A stretch of DNA of 51,981 nt, taken from IMG/VR virus record IMGVR_UViG_3300029216_000006, positions 1 through 51,981 of that record; one strand, 5' to 3'. A model generated the notes under the pieces. That model saw only the letters and a list, made by a program, of their open reading frames with translations. It ran no database searches and was not told the DNA's origin. The stretch comes from a virus (Duplodnaviria; Caudoviricetes). The position numbers and the translations under genes are program-made. Shown here piece after piece: positions 44,394 to 51,857 of the stretch (the first letter of the stretch is position 1; every line of letters starts with the position of its first letter).

Positions 44394-46997
44394 TTATACC
44401 CCGGCGGTGTTGTAATACGATGCCATTGAACGCCGGTTGCCCAATGTTTCGTCGCTGTTCTTACGCATTGTACGCTCAATATGCTTTTTCATGCGTCCTT
44501 TATTTTCCTCGGCCATTCGTGCTTCTCTAGAAACCTGCCCGCCCGCGATAGCCAACCGCGACCGGCACTTGTTGAGCATTTGGGTGAGCGCGTCGAGTGA
44601 GTGGTATCCGCTTGCCACCTTGAAGTTGATGACATAGTTGATGAGTGGTTTGATCTCGTCGAGCGGTTCGAGTTGATCGGTCGGGTTCCCGTTCTCGTCG
44701 TTGACCCGGCGTGCGGGAAACAGGACCACGGCGGGGAGCATGGGGTTGGAGTTTTCGAGCATCTGTGCGACCGCTCTCAATCGCTGCTCTTTGTTCTTGT
44801 GCCCAACACCACACTCGGTCACGCTATGGATTCCGTGCATTTCTTCCAGCATCTCGATGGTTGCCGATCCGAGGCCGGTGACAACCTCCATGAATACCTC
44901 GTCAATCGCTTCTCCCCTGGCAAGTTGGGCGATTCGGTTGGAGAGATCCATTTGGGTAGCAGGGAACTCTTCTTGGATCGTGATTCGGATCTGGTCCTCG
45001 TATTTGATTCGCCGTAGACCGTCCTCTTGCCGTTCGATGCGTTCCTGCCCGAGCATGGCCTGTACCCAGCCTACTTTGTCGCCGGTTCCGTCGCCCTTGG
45101 CCGTTGGATCGCATGAGACATACCGCTCAACGCCGTTCTCAATGAACTTGCGGGCGGATTCATGCTCGATATCGTATAGCCGGACCTGACGGACGATGCG
45201 GTTCTCGTCGCTGATCGGGTCGAGCATGTAGTTGGCGTTCCACGCTGAATCGTCTGATAAAAGTTTGTATTTTCTTCTATTCCATTTCGCGTCGTACACC
45301 TCCGGCCAGATTGACTTGAACTTTGGATTTGTTGATGGTCCGCCGACAGGACTCATTGATACCCATAGTGGTACGCCTTCTCTCCCTAGTGTTTTCTTGG
45401 CGATTCTTGCTTTTTTCAGATAAGACCAGAGAACATCCTCATGGTGCCACGGGTATCCTGAAAATACAGTGAAACCTTCGCTTCCTTGGAATCGGGTAAG
45501 CCATGTAGACGATATGAGTTTTTTGATATTTTCTCGCGTTGCGGCCTGCGTTTGATCTTCCCTGTGAGTCACATCGTCAACATACATTTGATTGAGATTG
45601 TTGCCCTGTCCCCGAGATGTCACGCCCACGCCAATAACATTGGGATTTGCCGTTTTTTCCTTATTCCAGACGCGAATCGTGGTCGTATTATTGTCATTCT
45701 TGTCAAGCCTGTACGGGTAAAGACTGTGATTTCTTTTTCCTGCGGATGATTTTATGTCAAACAACGCTGCCGTTTTGCTGATTGTTTTTGAGGTTTCTTT
45801 TTCTGCACGATGAACATACCCCATTTGGAATCTTGGATAGTCATTGATAAGTAGTGCCATATCCATTGCAATAACATTTGATTTGCCTATACGGGGCGGG
45901 TACAAAAGCATCACGCCTTCGTATTTGATACCCTCGAACTCGAACTTGGCACCGTCGGGGCCGATGAGATCGCCAGGTCCGACGAGCCCGTACTCGCTTC
46001 TGGCGTACCCCTCCCTTGAAAGCCAAAGTGACATTGACATCTCTACATGCGGGTCACCGATAATGTATATGTCGCCCCGTAGCCGAAACTGTTTATCTCC
46101 AATGTCGGATCGGGAAACATAGAGCATGAACCGCAAGAGGCGGGTTGCTTCGTAGACGATGCGTTCTTTTCGGCTGAGTCCGGGGGTCGGGGGATCTGTG
46201 ATTGAGTCTCGTATGTCCTTGATTGCGCGGAGGCGGCTAATCCACTGTTTCCCCGCCTCCGCTATTGTTTTTGGGCCGGGCGGTTCCTCAGGATCTTCAC
46301 CTTCGGGCACCGTTCCAGCACGCACAAGATCCTTGGCCTTCATCTTGTTGTACCGCTCGAACTGTTCCATTCCTCGCCGGGTTGATTCCTCGCACCCAAA
46401 GATCATGGCATCGAGTGTTATATCGACATTCTCGTAGATTGCGCTAGGATCGAGAAGCATGGCATCGTAGCTGTCAGCGGCTTTTTCGAGTGGTGTGCGT
46501 TCATCGGCGATATTCGACCAGTCAATGCCGTTGGCCTCAGCCTCGCCCTTGAGTACACGGAGAACCACATCGGGGTTCCACCTTGCGGGTGTCTCGTCCG
46601 GGTTATCCAAGTAGTACATACACATCTCGGAGAGTTTCTTGAATGCCTTTCGGATCCTGTCCTTGGTGCTAACAGTGCCATCTCCGTTTGTATCGCTTGA
46701 GGCTGAATCGGTGGGCAAGGGCTCGTCGAGAAACCCGAGCGCGTCGGTCGTTTCGGGCGGGGCCTGCACGGTTGGCGTTGATCCACTGGGCTTGTGGAGA
46801 GCCTTTGGGCCACTGTTTTCGAGCCATTGGAATCTCCATCCTTTGTGGTTTTTTTGTCGTCCAGCACAGCACGCCGAGCACGAAGCGTAGACAAGCCCTT
46901 GGGAATCACAGAAATCCTTAAGGCTTGCACCACGATATTCATCCCCCCCATCGGGCGGGTAGGCGATAAACGGCTTGGACTTGCGGCCTTGGGTCAT
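44394..46997 (-). CDS. Terminase large subunit with long N-terminal extension
   Basis: PPRIGKS (Walker A), YVDD (Walker B), GYPWHHED, SCDPT, HSLDALTQ. Confidence 0.85.
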   Translation of the reverse strand: MTQGRKSKPFIAYPPDGGDEYRGASLKDFCDSQGLVYASCSACCAGRQKNHKGWRFQWLENSGPKALHKPSGSTPTVQAPPETTDALGFLDEPLPTDSASSDTNGDGTVSTKDRIRKAFKKLSEMCMYYLDNPDETPARWNPDVVLRVLKGEAEANGIDWSNIADERTPLEKAADSYDAMLLDPSAIYENVDITLDAMIFGCEESTRRGMEQFERYNKMKAKDLVRAGTVPEGEDPEEPPGPKTIAEAGKQWISRLRAIKDIRDSITDPPTPGLSRKERIVYEATRLLRFMLYVSRSDIGDKQFRLRGDIYIIGDPHVEMSMSLWLSREGYARSEYGLVGPGDLIGPDGAKFEFEGIKYEGVMLLYPPRIGKSNVIAMDMALLINDYPRFQMGYVHRAEKETSKTISKTAALFDIKSSAGKRNHSLYPYRLDKNDNNTTTIRVWNKEKTANPNVIGVGVTSRGQGNNLNQMYVDDVTHREDQTQAATRENIKKLISSTWLTRFQGSEGFTVFSGYPWHHEDVLWSYLKKARIAKKTLGREGVPLWVSMSPVGGPSTNPKFKSIWPEVYDAKWNRRKYKLLSDDSAWNANYMLDPISDENRIVRQVRLYDIEHESARKFIENGVERYVSCDPTAKGDGTGDKVGWVQAMLGQERIERQEDGLRRIKYEDQIRITIQEEFPATQMDLSNRIAQLARGEAIDEVFMEVVTGLGSATIEMLEEMHGIHSVTECGVGHKNKEQRLRAVAQMLENSNPMLPAVVLFPARRVNDENGNPTDQLEPLDEIKPLINYVINFKVASGYHSLDALTQMLNKCRSRLAIAGGQVSREARMAEENKGRMKKHIERTMRKNSDETLGNRRSMASYYNTAGV

Positions 46998-47404
46998 AGC
47001 GCGGGTGAGTAGTCGATGTACAGATCGAGGCTTGTAAGCCCGCCCATGTCGGTCACGCCGATAAACCAGTCGAGTTCAGCGTTGGCACCCATGAGATCAA
47101 ACTTGTCTTTGCCGGTTGCGCTCACATCGACCGTGCAGAGGTATGCCCCTGCGGTGCCTGCTGCATCGCTTCGATCGGCTGTAGGGGTGATGGTTGCATC
47201 GAGTTGCAGGTATCGGATCGTACCACGCTTGTCGGCAAGCACAAGAGTTGCGGTGCCCGCTGCGCCGTCCGCGAACGAGGTGGCAAACAGTCGCCCGATC
47301 TGGTCGCCCGCTTTTTCAGAGGGGATTCCACGGTTAGATAGCCTATAGAAAGTGGACAGGTTGGTGCCTGCCGACGAAAAAGCGTAATGATTTGGTATGC
47401 CCAT
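46994..47404 (-). CDS. Hypothetical beta-rich protein, first late gene
   Basis: GGAG RBS; ATGA coupling to terminase. Confidence 0.6.
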   Translation of the reverse strand: MGIPNHYAFSSAGTNLSTFYRLSNRGIPSEKAGDQIGRLFATSFADGAAGTATLVLADKRGTIRYLQLDATITPTADRSDAAGTAGAYLCTVDVSATGKDKFDLMGANAELDWFIGVTDMGGLTSLDLYIDYSPAL

Positions 47405-47442
47405 GTGCATTCTCCGAGTGTTTCAAGTTTGTGTCTACCAAC

Positions 47443-47472
47443 ATAGTACACCGGATGAGCGTTGTTTGTCAA
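47443..47472 (-). promoter_or_regulatory. Promoter of the morphogenesis operon
   Basis: TTGACA-18-TACTAT. Confidence 0.65.
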
Positions 47473-47488
47473 TATGGGTGGCGCATAG

Positions 47489-47522
47489 AAAAACCCGACA
47501 TCACATAGCCTATGATGCCGGG
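47489..47522 (-). terminator. Rho-independent terminator closing the protein-ncRNA unit
   Basis: CCCGGCATCATA-GGCTA-TGTGATGTCGGG-TTTTT. Confidence 0.8.
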
Positions 47523-47527
47523 GCGTT

Positions 47528-47600
47528 GTTTGAGAGCGGGACTCGAACCCGCAACATTTCGATTATGAGTCGAAAGCTCTTCCAATTGAGCTATCTCGTT
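47528..47600 (-). tRNA. tRNA-like gene, anticodon CAU (Met/Ile2), acceptor stem only 4 bp
   Basis: Perfect D, anticodon (TTCGA-CTCATAA-TCGAA) and T arms; AACGAGA/TCTCAAA leaves pairs 1-3 unpaired. Confidence 0.75.
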
Positions 47601-47645
47601 TTTCAGTCGCGTTTCCGTCAATTGTCCTGACGGGCCATTTAGTTT

Positions 47646-47734
47646 CAAGCCGCCGTATTACCACTATACGACCCGGACGAGGGTTTTGAGAAGCGTCCGG
47701 GAGAGGAATCGAACCTCTGTGAGCGAATCACTTG
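47646..47734 (-). ncRNA. Circularly permuted tRNA-like module 2
   Basis: AGAGG-TTCGATT-CCTCT, CCCGGACG-14 nt loop-CGTCCGGG, TC, GTAT-AGTGGTA-ATAC, closed by TCGCT/GGCGG. Confidence 0.8.
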
Positions 47735-47809
47735 GCCTTATCAGATACGGAAGGCGACCGGGTGTTTCAGCTTGTTCGCAATAGTCTTAGGGTCATTTTC
47801 ATTGCTTGT

Positions 47810-47889
47810 GCGTATGCCTCTACCATTTGGACCATACGGGCGTAGTTGTCAAATGCCCGCAGAAGGAATCGAACCTCCACTTTGTACGC
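47810..47889 (-). ncRNA. Circularly permuted tRNA-like module 1
   Basis: GCGTA, GGAGG-TTCGATT-CCTTC, TGCGGGC-13 nt loop-GCCCGTA, TG, D arm with TGGTA, TACGC. Confidence 0.8.
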
Positions 47890-47939
47890 TACTGCATAAA
47901 CCTCAGATTGAGTTTGGCGAACAATCTGCATCTTCGGCT

Positions 47940-48692
47940 TTAGCCAAAGATGTAATCAAGAATCTCTTTTCCCTCCCTTACACTGTCGATAAAGGTTGAG
48001 TTGGCACGCTCCCGTGCTTGACGAGCCGCATCGCGCAGGGCGGCGATACGGTTCACGATTATTTCCTTCTCTTGGGCAGGCATAGCCCCTGAGAACCGAG
48101 TTTCCTTCCAAGTACCAACGATTTCGTCGATATAGATCAACTCGGTCTGTGCGGGGTGATGCTGAGTTGCCTCACACTTGACGATGACTTTGGGCTCTTT
48201 ACTGGTCCGCATCTTCTTGATTGGATTGGACGAGCGATACAAAGAACTGCCCTGGTCAGACTTCCACTCAATCGCGGAATCGAGAGATGGAATAGCGTTA
48301 GCAAAGGTCAAAAGATCCATAAAGAACTTCTCAAGATAAAGAAGATGGGTAGCCGGCACACCAATGAGCGAGAAGTCACCAAGCTCGTCAGACTCCAAAA
48401 TCAGGTCGGCGTTTGCCTGTGTGTTTCCGCTGTCTTGAGTTCTAATGGTGTCCAGTTGTCGGACAATGGGATGTCGGATATGGTCGATCAGGTTTTGGAC
48501 GGTGATTCGTGCGGGCGAAGACTCCGTTGGGAGATCCTGCCCACCGTCGATAGACGGGGTGTATTCACGAAACCGACCCTCAAACTCGGCAGATTTTTGG
48601 GCCTGCTTGCAGGCATCGGTTAGCGACTTTTGCCCCTGAGCCTTCCGATCTTTTACAACTGCGATTACTTCACATAGTTTAGACATTTTCAT
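47940..48692 (-). CDS. Uncharacterised conserved helical protein (250 aa), co-transcribed with the tRNA-mimic RNA
   Basis: AAGGAGG RBS; KL..VIAV, G..R.Y.P, VPAT.LL.LEK, R.SK..KVI...AT..HPAQ, VG.W....FSGA motifs that I recall from a widespread DUF. Confidence 0.8.
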   Translation of the reverse strand: MKMSKLCEVIAVVKDRKAQGQKSLTDACKQAQKSAEFEGRFREYTPSIDGGQDLPTESSPARITVQNLIDHIRHPIVRQLDTIRTQDSGNTQANADLILESDELGDFSLIGVPATHLLYLEKFFMDLLTFANAIPSLDSAIEWKSDQGSSLYRSSNPIKKMRTSKEPKVIVKCEATQHHPAQTELIYIDEIVGTWKETRFSGAMPAQEKEIIVNRIAALRDAARQARERANSTFIDSVREGKEILDYIFG

Positions 48693-48710
48693 GCCTCCTT
48701 TCGTTCTGTC

Positions 48711-48738
48711 ATACTACCCCATCTATCCGCCGTGTCAA
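48711..48738 (-). promoter_or_regulatory. Promoter of the protein-ncRNA unit
   Basis: TTGACA-16-TAGTAT. Confidence 0.6.
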
Positions 48739-48779
48739 GTAAGTAGTCAAGAAAGGGTGCAAAACATTCATGGTCAATC

Positions 48780-49484
48780 TCAATTTGACACTTTCATCTT
48801 CTCGTTTCGTATCAAGATCCTTCGCACGGTGCATCGGTTCCACGGGTTGTCACGGAGCCTTGAGCCCCGTTCGTTGAGCATTTTCGTGATTGTCGGTGCC
48901 CTAAGCCCTTGATCGTACATTGCGCAGATTTCTTGGACGATTGCGGATTCTTTGCGGTCAACCACCCACTTGCTCGGGTCGGTGGGGTGTGCCTTGAACC
49001 CGGTGGGCGCAAGGTTGCTCATTTTCTGGCCCTTGCTCTGGCGATATCGCATGTTCGTGCTGGTCCGCTTCTTGATGATCCGTTGCTCGTATTGGGTGAC
49101 GATCGCGGTGATGTCTCGGATCATTTTGGCCTCGGGTGAGTCTCCATTGAGCCCCCCCTCAACCGCTTCAATCCTGATCTTCCGGGTATCGCAGTAGTTG
49201 TACAGGCTTGCAGCCGGGAACCCGCCTCCGATACGGTCTGGCTTGGCAATCACAAGAACCTGGCCGCGCCGAATGGAGCCGATGGCCATATCGAGTTGTG
49301 GCTTGATCTCGGCATCTCGGGATACCTGTTCATCAAGGAACTCGCCAAGGATTTCATAGCCCTTCTCTTTGGCGTACTTGCGGCACGCATCAAGTTGCTG
49401 GTCTGCGGTGGCAAGGTTGGCGAGTTTGTCGGTCGGCCTCGGTGAATATCGGGCGTACAGGACGCATTTGGTTGTGTGTTTCAT
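48780..49484 (-). CDS. Serine recombinase (resolvase domain plus short recombinase domain)
   Basis: YARYS, Q...C..YA, D..VS, KPDRIG, QYE...IKKRT, APTGF, LNERG..W. Confidence 0.85.
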   Translation of the reverse strand: MKHTTKCVLYARYSPRPTDKLANLATADQQLDACRKYAKEKGYEILGEFLDEQVSRDAEIKPQLDMAIGSIRRGQVLVIAKPDRIGGGFPAASLYNYCDTRKIRIEAVEGGLNGDSPEAKMIRDITAIVTQYEQRIIKKRTSTNMRYRQSKGQKMSNLAPTGFKAHPTDPSKWVVDRKESAIVQEICAMYDQGLRAPTITKMLNERGSRLRDNPWNRCTVRRILIRNEKMKVSN

Positions 49485-49486
49485 TC

Positions 49487-50104
49487 TTACCACCCCCCAT
49501 CAATCGTGGTATAGACCTGGACTTGTGTACGAAGTTCATTGACCGGCGATCGACCATCGTTGATAGACGCGCGAAAAAACCAACGCCAACACCGATGTTC
49601 CGAGGGCATTCCTCGATGCCATGTGTGTCCATCAAACTGATATAGGTGCCCAGATTTGACGGTTTGGGTAGACGGGCGCATTTCGGCTATTTGTTCGCTA
49701 CATGACTTATAGGTGTGGGTCGCCGACCATTTGGATATCTCAATGTCTTCGACGACAAACTCGGTCAGCGCACTAGGGCCAATAACACACAGCATCGCGC
49801 TTCCAGCCTTGTCCTCACTGAAAATTGGCTGGCCGGTTTCTGGATATCGCGGTCTGCCGTCAAGGTGCCATCCGGGTATACACGGGTACATTCCCGGCAT
49901 GAGCATATGTGATCGCGTGTCGATAACACCGTCACAGTCGGGCCAAATCTTGCACATATGAACTATGGCTTGGCGGGTCAGTGGCCCGCCGTTTTTATAT
50001 GCCCAGTCAAACGATCCCCAAAAAATCATTGGTTCGTCGCGGATCTCGTCTTCCGAAGCGGTCACGACAAGCTGTGTGTCTATTAGTCTTGATGGGAAGT
50101 TCAT
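49487..50104 (-). CDS. Putative 2OG-Fe(II) dioxygenase-like phage protein
   Basis: MLMPGMYPCIPGWHLDG (HxD), WHRG, RWFFR. Confidence 0.65.
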   Translation of the reverse strand: MNFPSRLIDTQLVVTASEDEIRDEPMIFWGSFDWAYKNGGPLTRQAIVHMCKIWPDCDGVIDTRSHMLMPGMYPCIPGWHLDGRPRYPETGQPIFSEDKAGSAMLCVIGPSALTEFVVEDIEISKWSATHTYKSCSEQIAEMRPSTQTVKSGHLYQFDGHTWHRGMPSEHRCWRWFFRASINDGRSPVNELRTQVQVYTTIDGGW

Positions 50105-50157
50105 TCTGTTTCCTTTCGGTTCACCCCTTGTACCGTCCAAAGAGTCTGTTTTGTGTG

Positions 50158-50212
50158 ATTATAGCCAGTTTTGGCGTGTTATCGCGGTTTACGCTGTAAA
50201 GTTTTTACACGA
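50158..50212 (-). promoter_or_regulatory. Operator motif copy 3 with downstream TATAAT -10
   Basis: ATCGCGGTTTA-CGC-TGTAAA-GTT-TTTACA at 50181-50209; minus-strand TATAAT at 50158-50163. Confidence 0.55.
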
Positions 50213-50214
50213 AC

Positions 50215-50463
50215 TCAATCTTTCGGCGGGTTCTCAAGCAACTCTTTGAGCGTGAGAAGCAGGAACCATGCGCCAACGGGCACCTTGGCGCCGGACAACT
50301 CGCATTCTGCGAACTTCTCGACCACCCTTTGTGCGGCGCGTTCGATCTCGCACCATCGGGTTTCCTGCGGCGTGGATTCGTGGTTCAGGGCATCGGATAC
50401 GAACTTGGATTCGATAACCCCTATTGCTTTGTTGATTTCTTGATCTGGATTTGGTACACTCAT
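50215..50463 (-). CDS. Hypothetical protein
   Basis: AAGGAGG RBS. Confidence 0.6.
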   Translation of the reverse strand: MSVPNPDQEINKAIGVIESKFVSDALNHESTPQETRWCEIERAAQRVVEKFAECELSGAKVPVGAWFLLLTLKELLENPPKD

Positions 50464-50636
50464 TTGATCCTCCTTTCAAGGCTGGGCTGTGACGGAACAT
50501 TTTATGGGCTCGCGGTTGGTTGGTTTCAGATCCCCCACTTCCCGCGAGCCCTGTTCTGTTTTGGGTCGCGCGGGCTACTTTACGATCTAGGACGGGCCGG
50601 CGGGGTGTGGCAGTGTTGCCCCCAAGTTTGCGAGGG

Positions 50637-50870
50637 CTAACTATCATCCGATGGATCGGCAACTTTTTCCATTGCAATAACCATCCGAAAAAGTCGCTCG
50701 TATTGTTCGAGGGTGAGGAAGTTCAGGCCCATGTACCACGCCGAGAGCTTGCTGGTGCTAATCCCGGTTAGGCGAGAGAGGGTTGTTGCCCCGATCACCT
50801 TGCAACGCTGGGCAAACTCTTGATCCTGGGCGTTTTCTGGCTCAATATGTACTTTGGTCACGGTTTTCAT
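50637..50870 (-). CDS. XRE/Cro-like HTH regulator
   Basis: TTLSRLTGISTSKLSAWYMG. Confidence 0.65.
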   Translation of the reverse strand: MKTVTKVHIEPENAQDQEFAQRCKVIGATTLSRLTGISTSKLSAWYMGLNFLTLEQYERLFRMVIAMEKVADPSDDS

Positions 50871-50952
50871 CGTTCCCCCTTCTTGGGCATTTGCCCGGCT
50901 GGTGTTGAAAAACCCCGCGTCCCGGATTTCTCCGAGGGCAGGGCTGAGGATT

Positions 50953-51525
50953 CTATTCTTTGGTGACTGGCGCGTATTCCACGCCGTCTACAACAATGTT
51001 CTTCGGGCGGTCAGTGGGGATTGAATCCAGATCAATCCCGGTGCATTTCAGAAACTTGGCTGCGTCAAAGTTAGGGAGGGCGCGAATGAGTTTTTCGTGC
51101 CGATCGCGTTTACTTTGGGTGAGTTGCTCCCAAGCGTTCCGCCCGGCATCCTGGATTGAGTCGAACGCGAGCAAGAAGCCGTTGAGGTGTTCCGCGTTTT
51201 CTTGTTCGCGCTTTTGGTCATCGGTCATACTTGAAAAACGAACCCAAGATACCAGACTTATGTACGGCATTGATTTATATATATCTTCCGCAATATCTTT
51301 ATGGGTGTGGTTCAGGCACGGCTTATCGAACGCTATTGGAGAAGGTGTGTTTGTGCAAAAGTTCCCAGTATTCAGGCTCCCAGTATTCCAGTTCCCAGTA
51401 TTCAGGTTCCCAGTATTCCGGTTCCCAGTATTCCGGTTCCCAGTATTCAGGTTCCCAGTATTCCAGTCCCCAGTATTCAGGCTCCCAGTATTCAGGCTCC
51501 CAGTATTCCGATCTTTATCATTCAT
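50953..51525 (-). CDS. NTGxx pentapeptide-repeat protein
   Basis: Ten NTG(S/D/N)(L/W/R/F) units, then LPNFDAAKF..CTGID. Confidence 0.85.
   Translation of the reverse strand: MNDKDRNTGSLNTGSLNTGDWNTGNLNTGNRNTGNRNTGNLNTGNWNTGSLNTGNFCTNTPSPIAFDKPCLNHTHKDIAEDIYKSMPYISLVSWVRFSSMTDDQKREQENAEHLNGFLLAFDSIQDAGRNAWEQLTQSKRDRHEKLIRALPNFDAAKFLKCTGIDLDSIPTDRPKNIVVDGVEYAPVTKE
51358..51510. repeat. 15-bp coding tandem repeat
   Basis: TCCCAGTATTC core at a 15-nt period, about 10 copies. Confidence 0.9.
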
Positions 51526-51595
51526 TTGATTATCTTTCCTCGCGGGTTATTCCGCAATCCCCGACAAAACATTTCAGCGTTGGCGGGGCGTGTTT

Positions 51596-51772
51596 CTATT
51601 CTTGCTTCATCGCTTCGCGGGTGGCACCCGCCATGTCTGAGAGGTCTCGCCCCGCGCCTTCGATCGCTGAGCATCCGCCAAGGGCGGACAGGAACAAGAT
51701 CCCAAGGGCGGCGGCGGACAGGGCAATAGCCCAATGCTTCCAGTAGAGACGCGCGTACTCGATTGTTTTCAT
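51596..51772 (-). CDS. Entericidin A/B-like small lipoprotein
   Basis: Hydrophobic stretch, LGGC lipobox, CSAIEGAGRDLS. Confidence 0.65.
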   Translation of the reverse strand: MKTIEYARLYWKHWAIALSAAALGILFLSALGGCSAIEGAGRDLSDMAGATREAMKQE

Positions 51773-51857
51773 TCGATATCCTTTCGATGCTTTCGGCTCC
51801 GCCGTTCTGGTGTTCCCGTCCATCCTGGGCGGGGTAAATGCCTCGATCATCTCGCTA

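Noticed and set aside
24577-47348. Many plus-strand ORFs opposite the structural genes (and minus-strand ORFs in 4-19 kb)
   Set aside because: Antisense shadows of GC-rich coding sequence with no RBS or motifs.
47695-47841. One tRNA with a ~90-nt intron (5' half of module 1 joined to 3' half of module 2)
   Set aside because: GCCCGTA against CCCGGAC gives three mismatches, whereas each 5' half pairs fully with the 3' half upstream of it. The insert is also too short for a group I intron.
51358-51510. CRISPR array
   Set aside because: 15-bp period with no unique spacers, in-frame coding repeat, and no cas genes.
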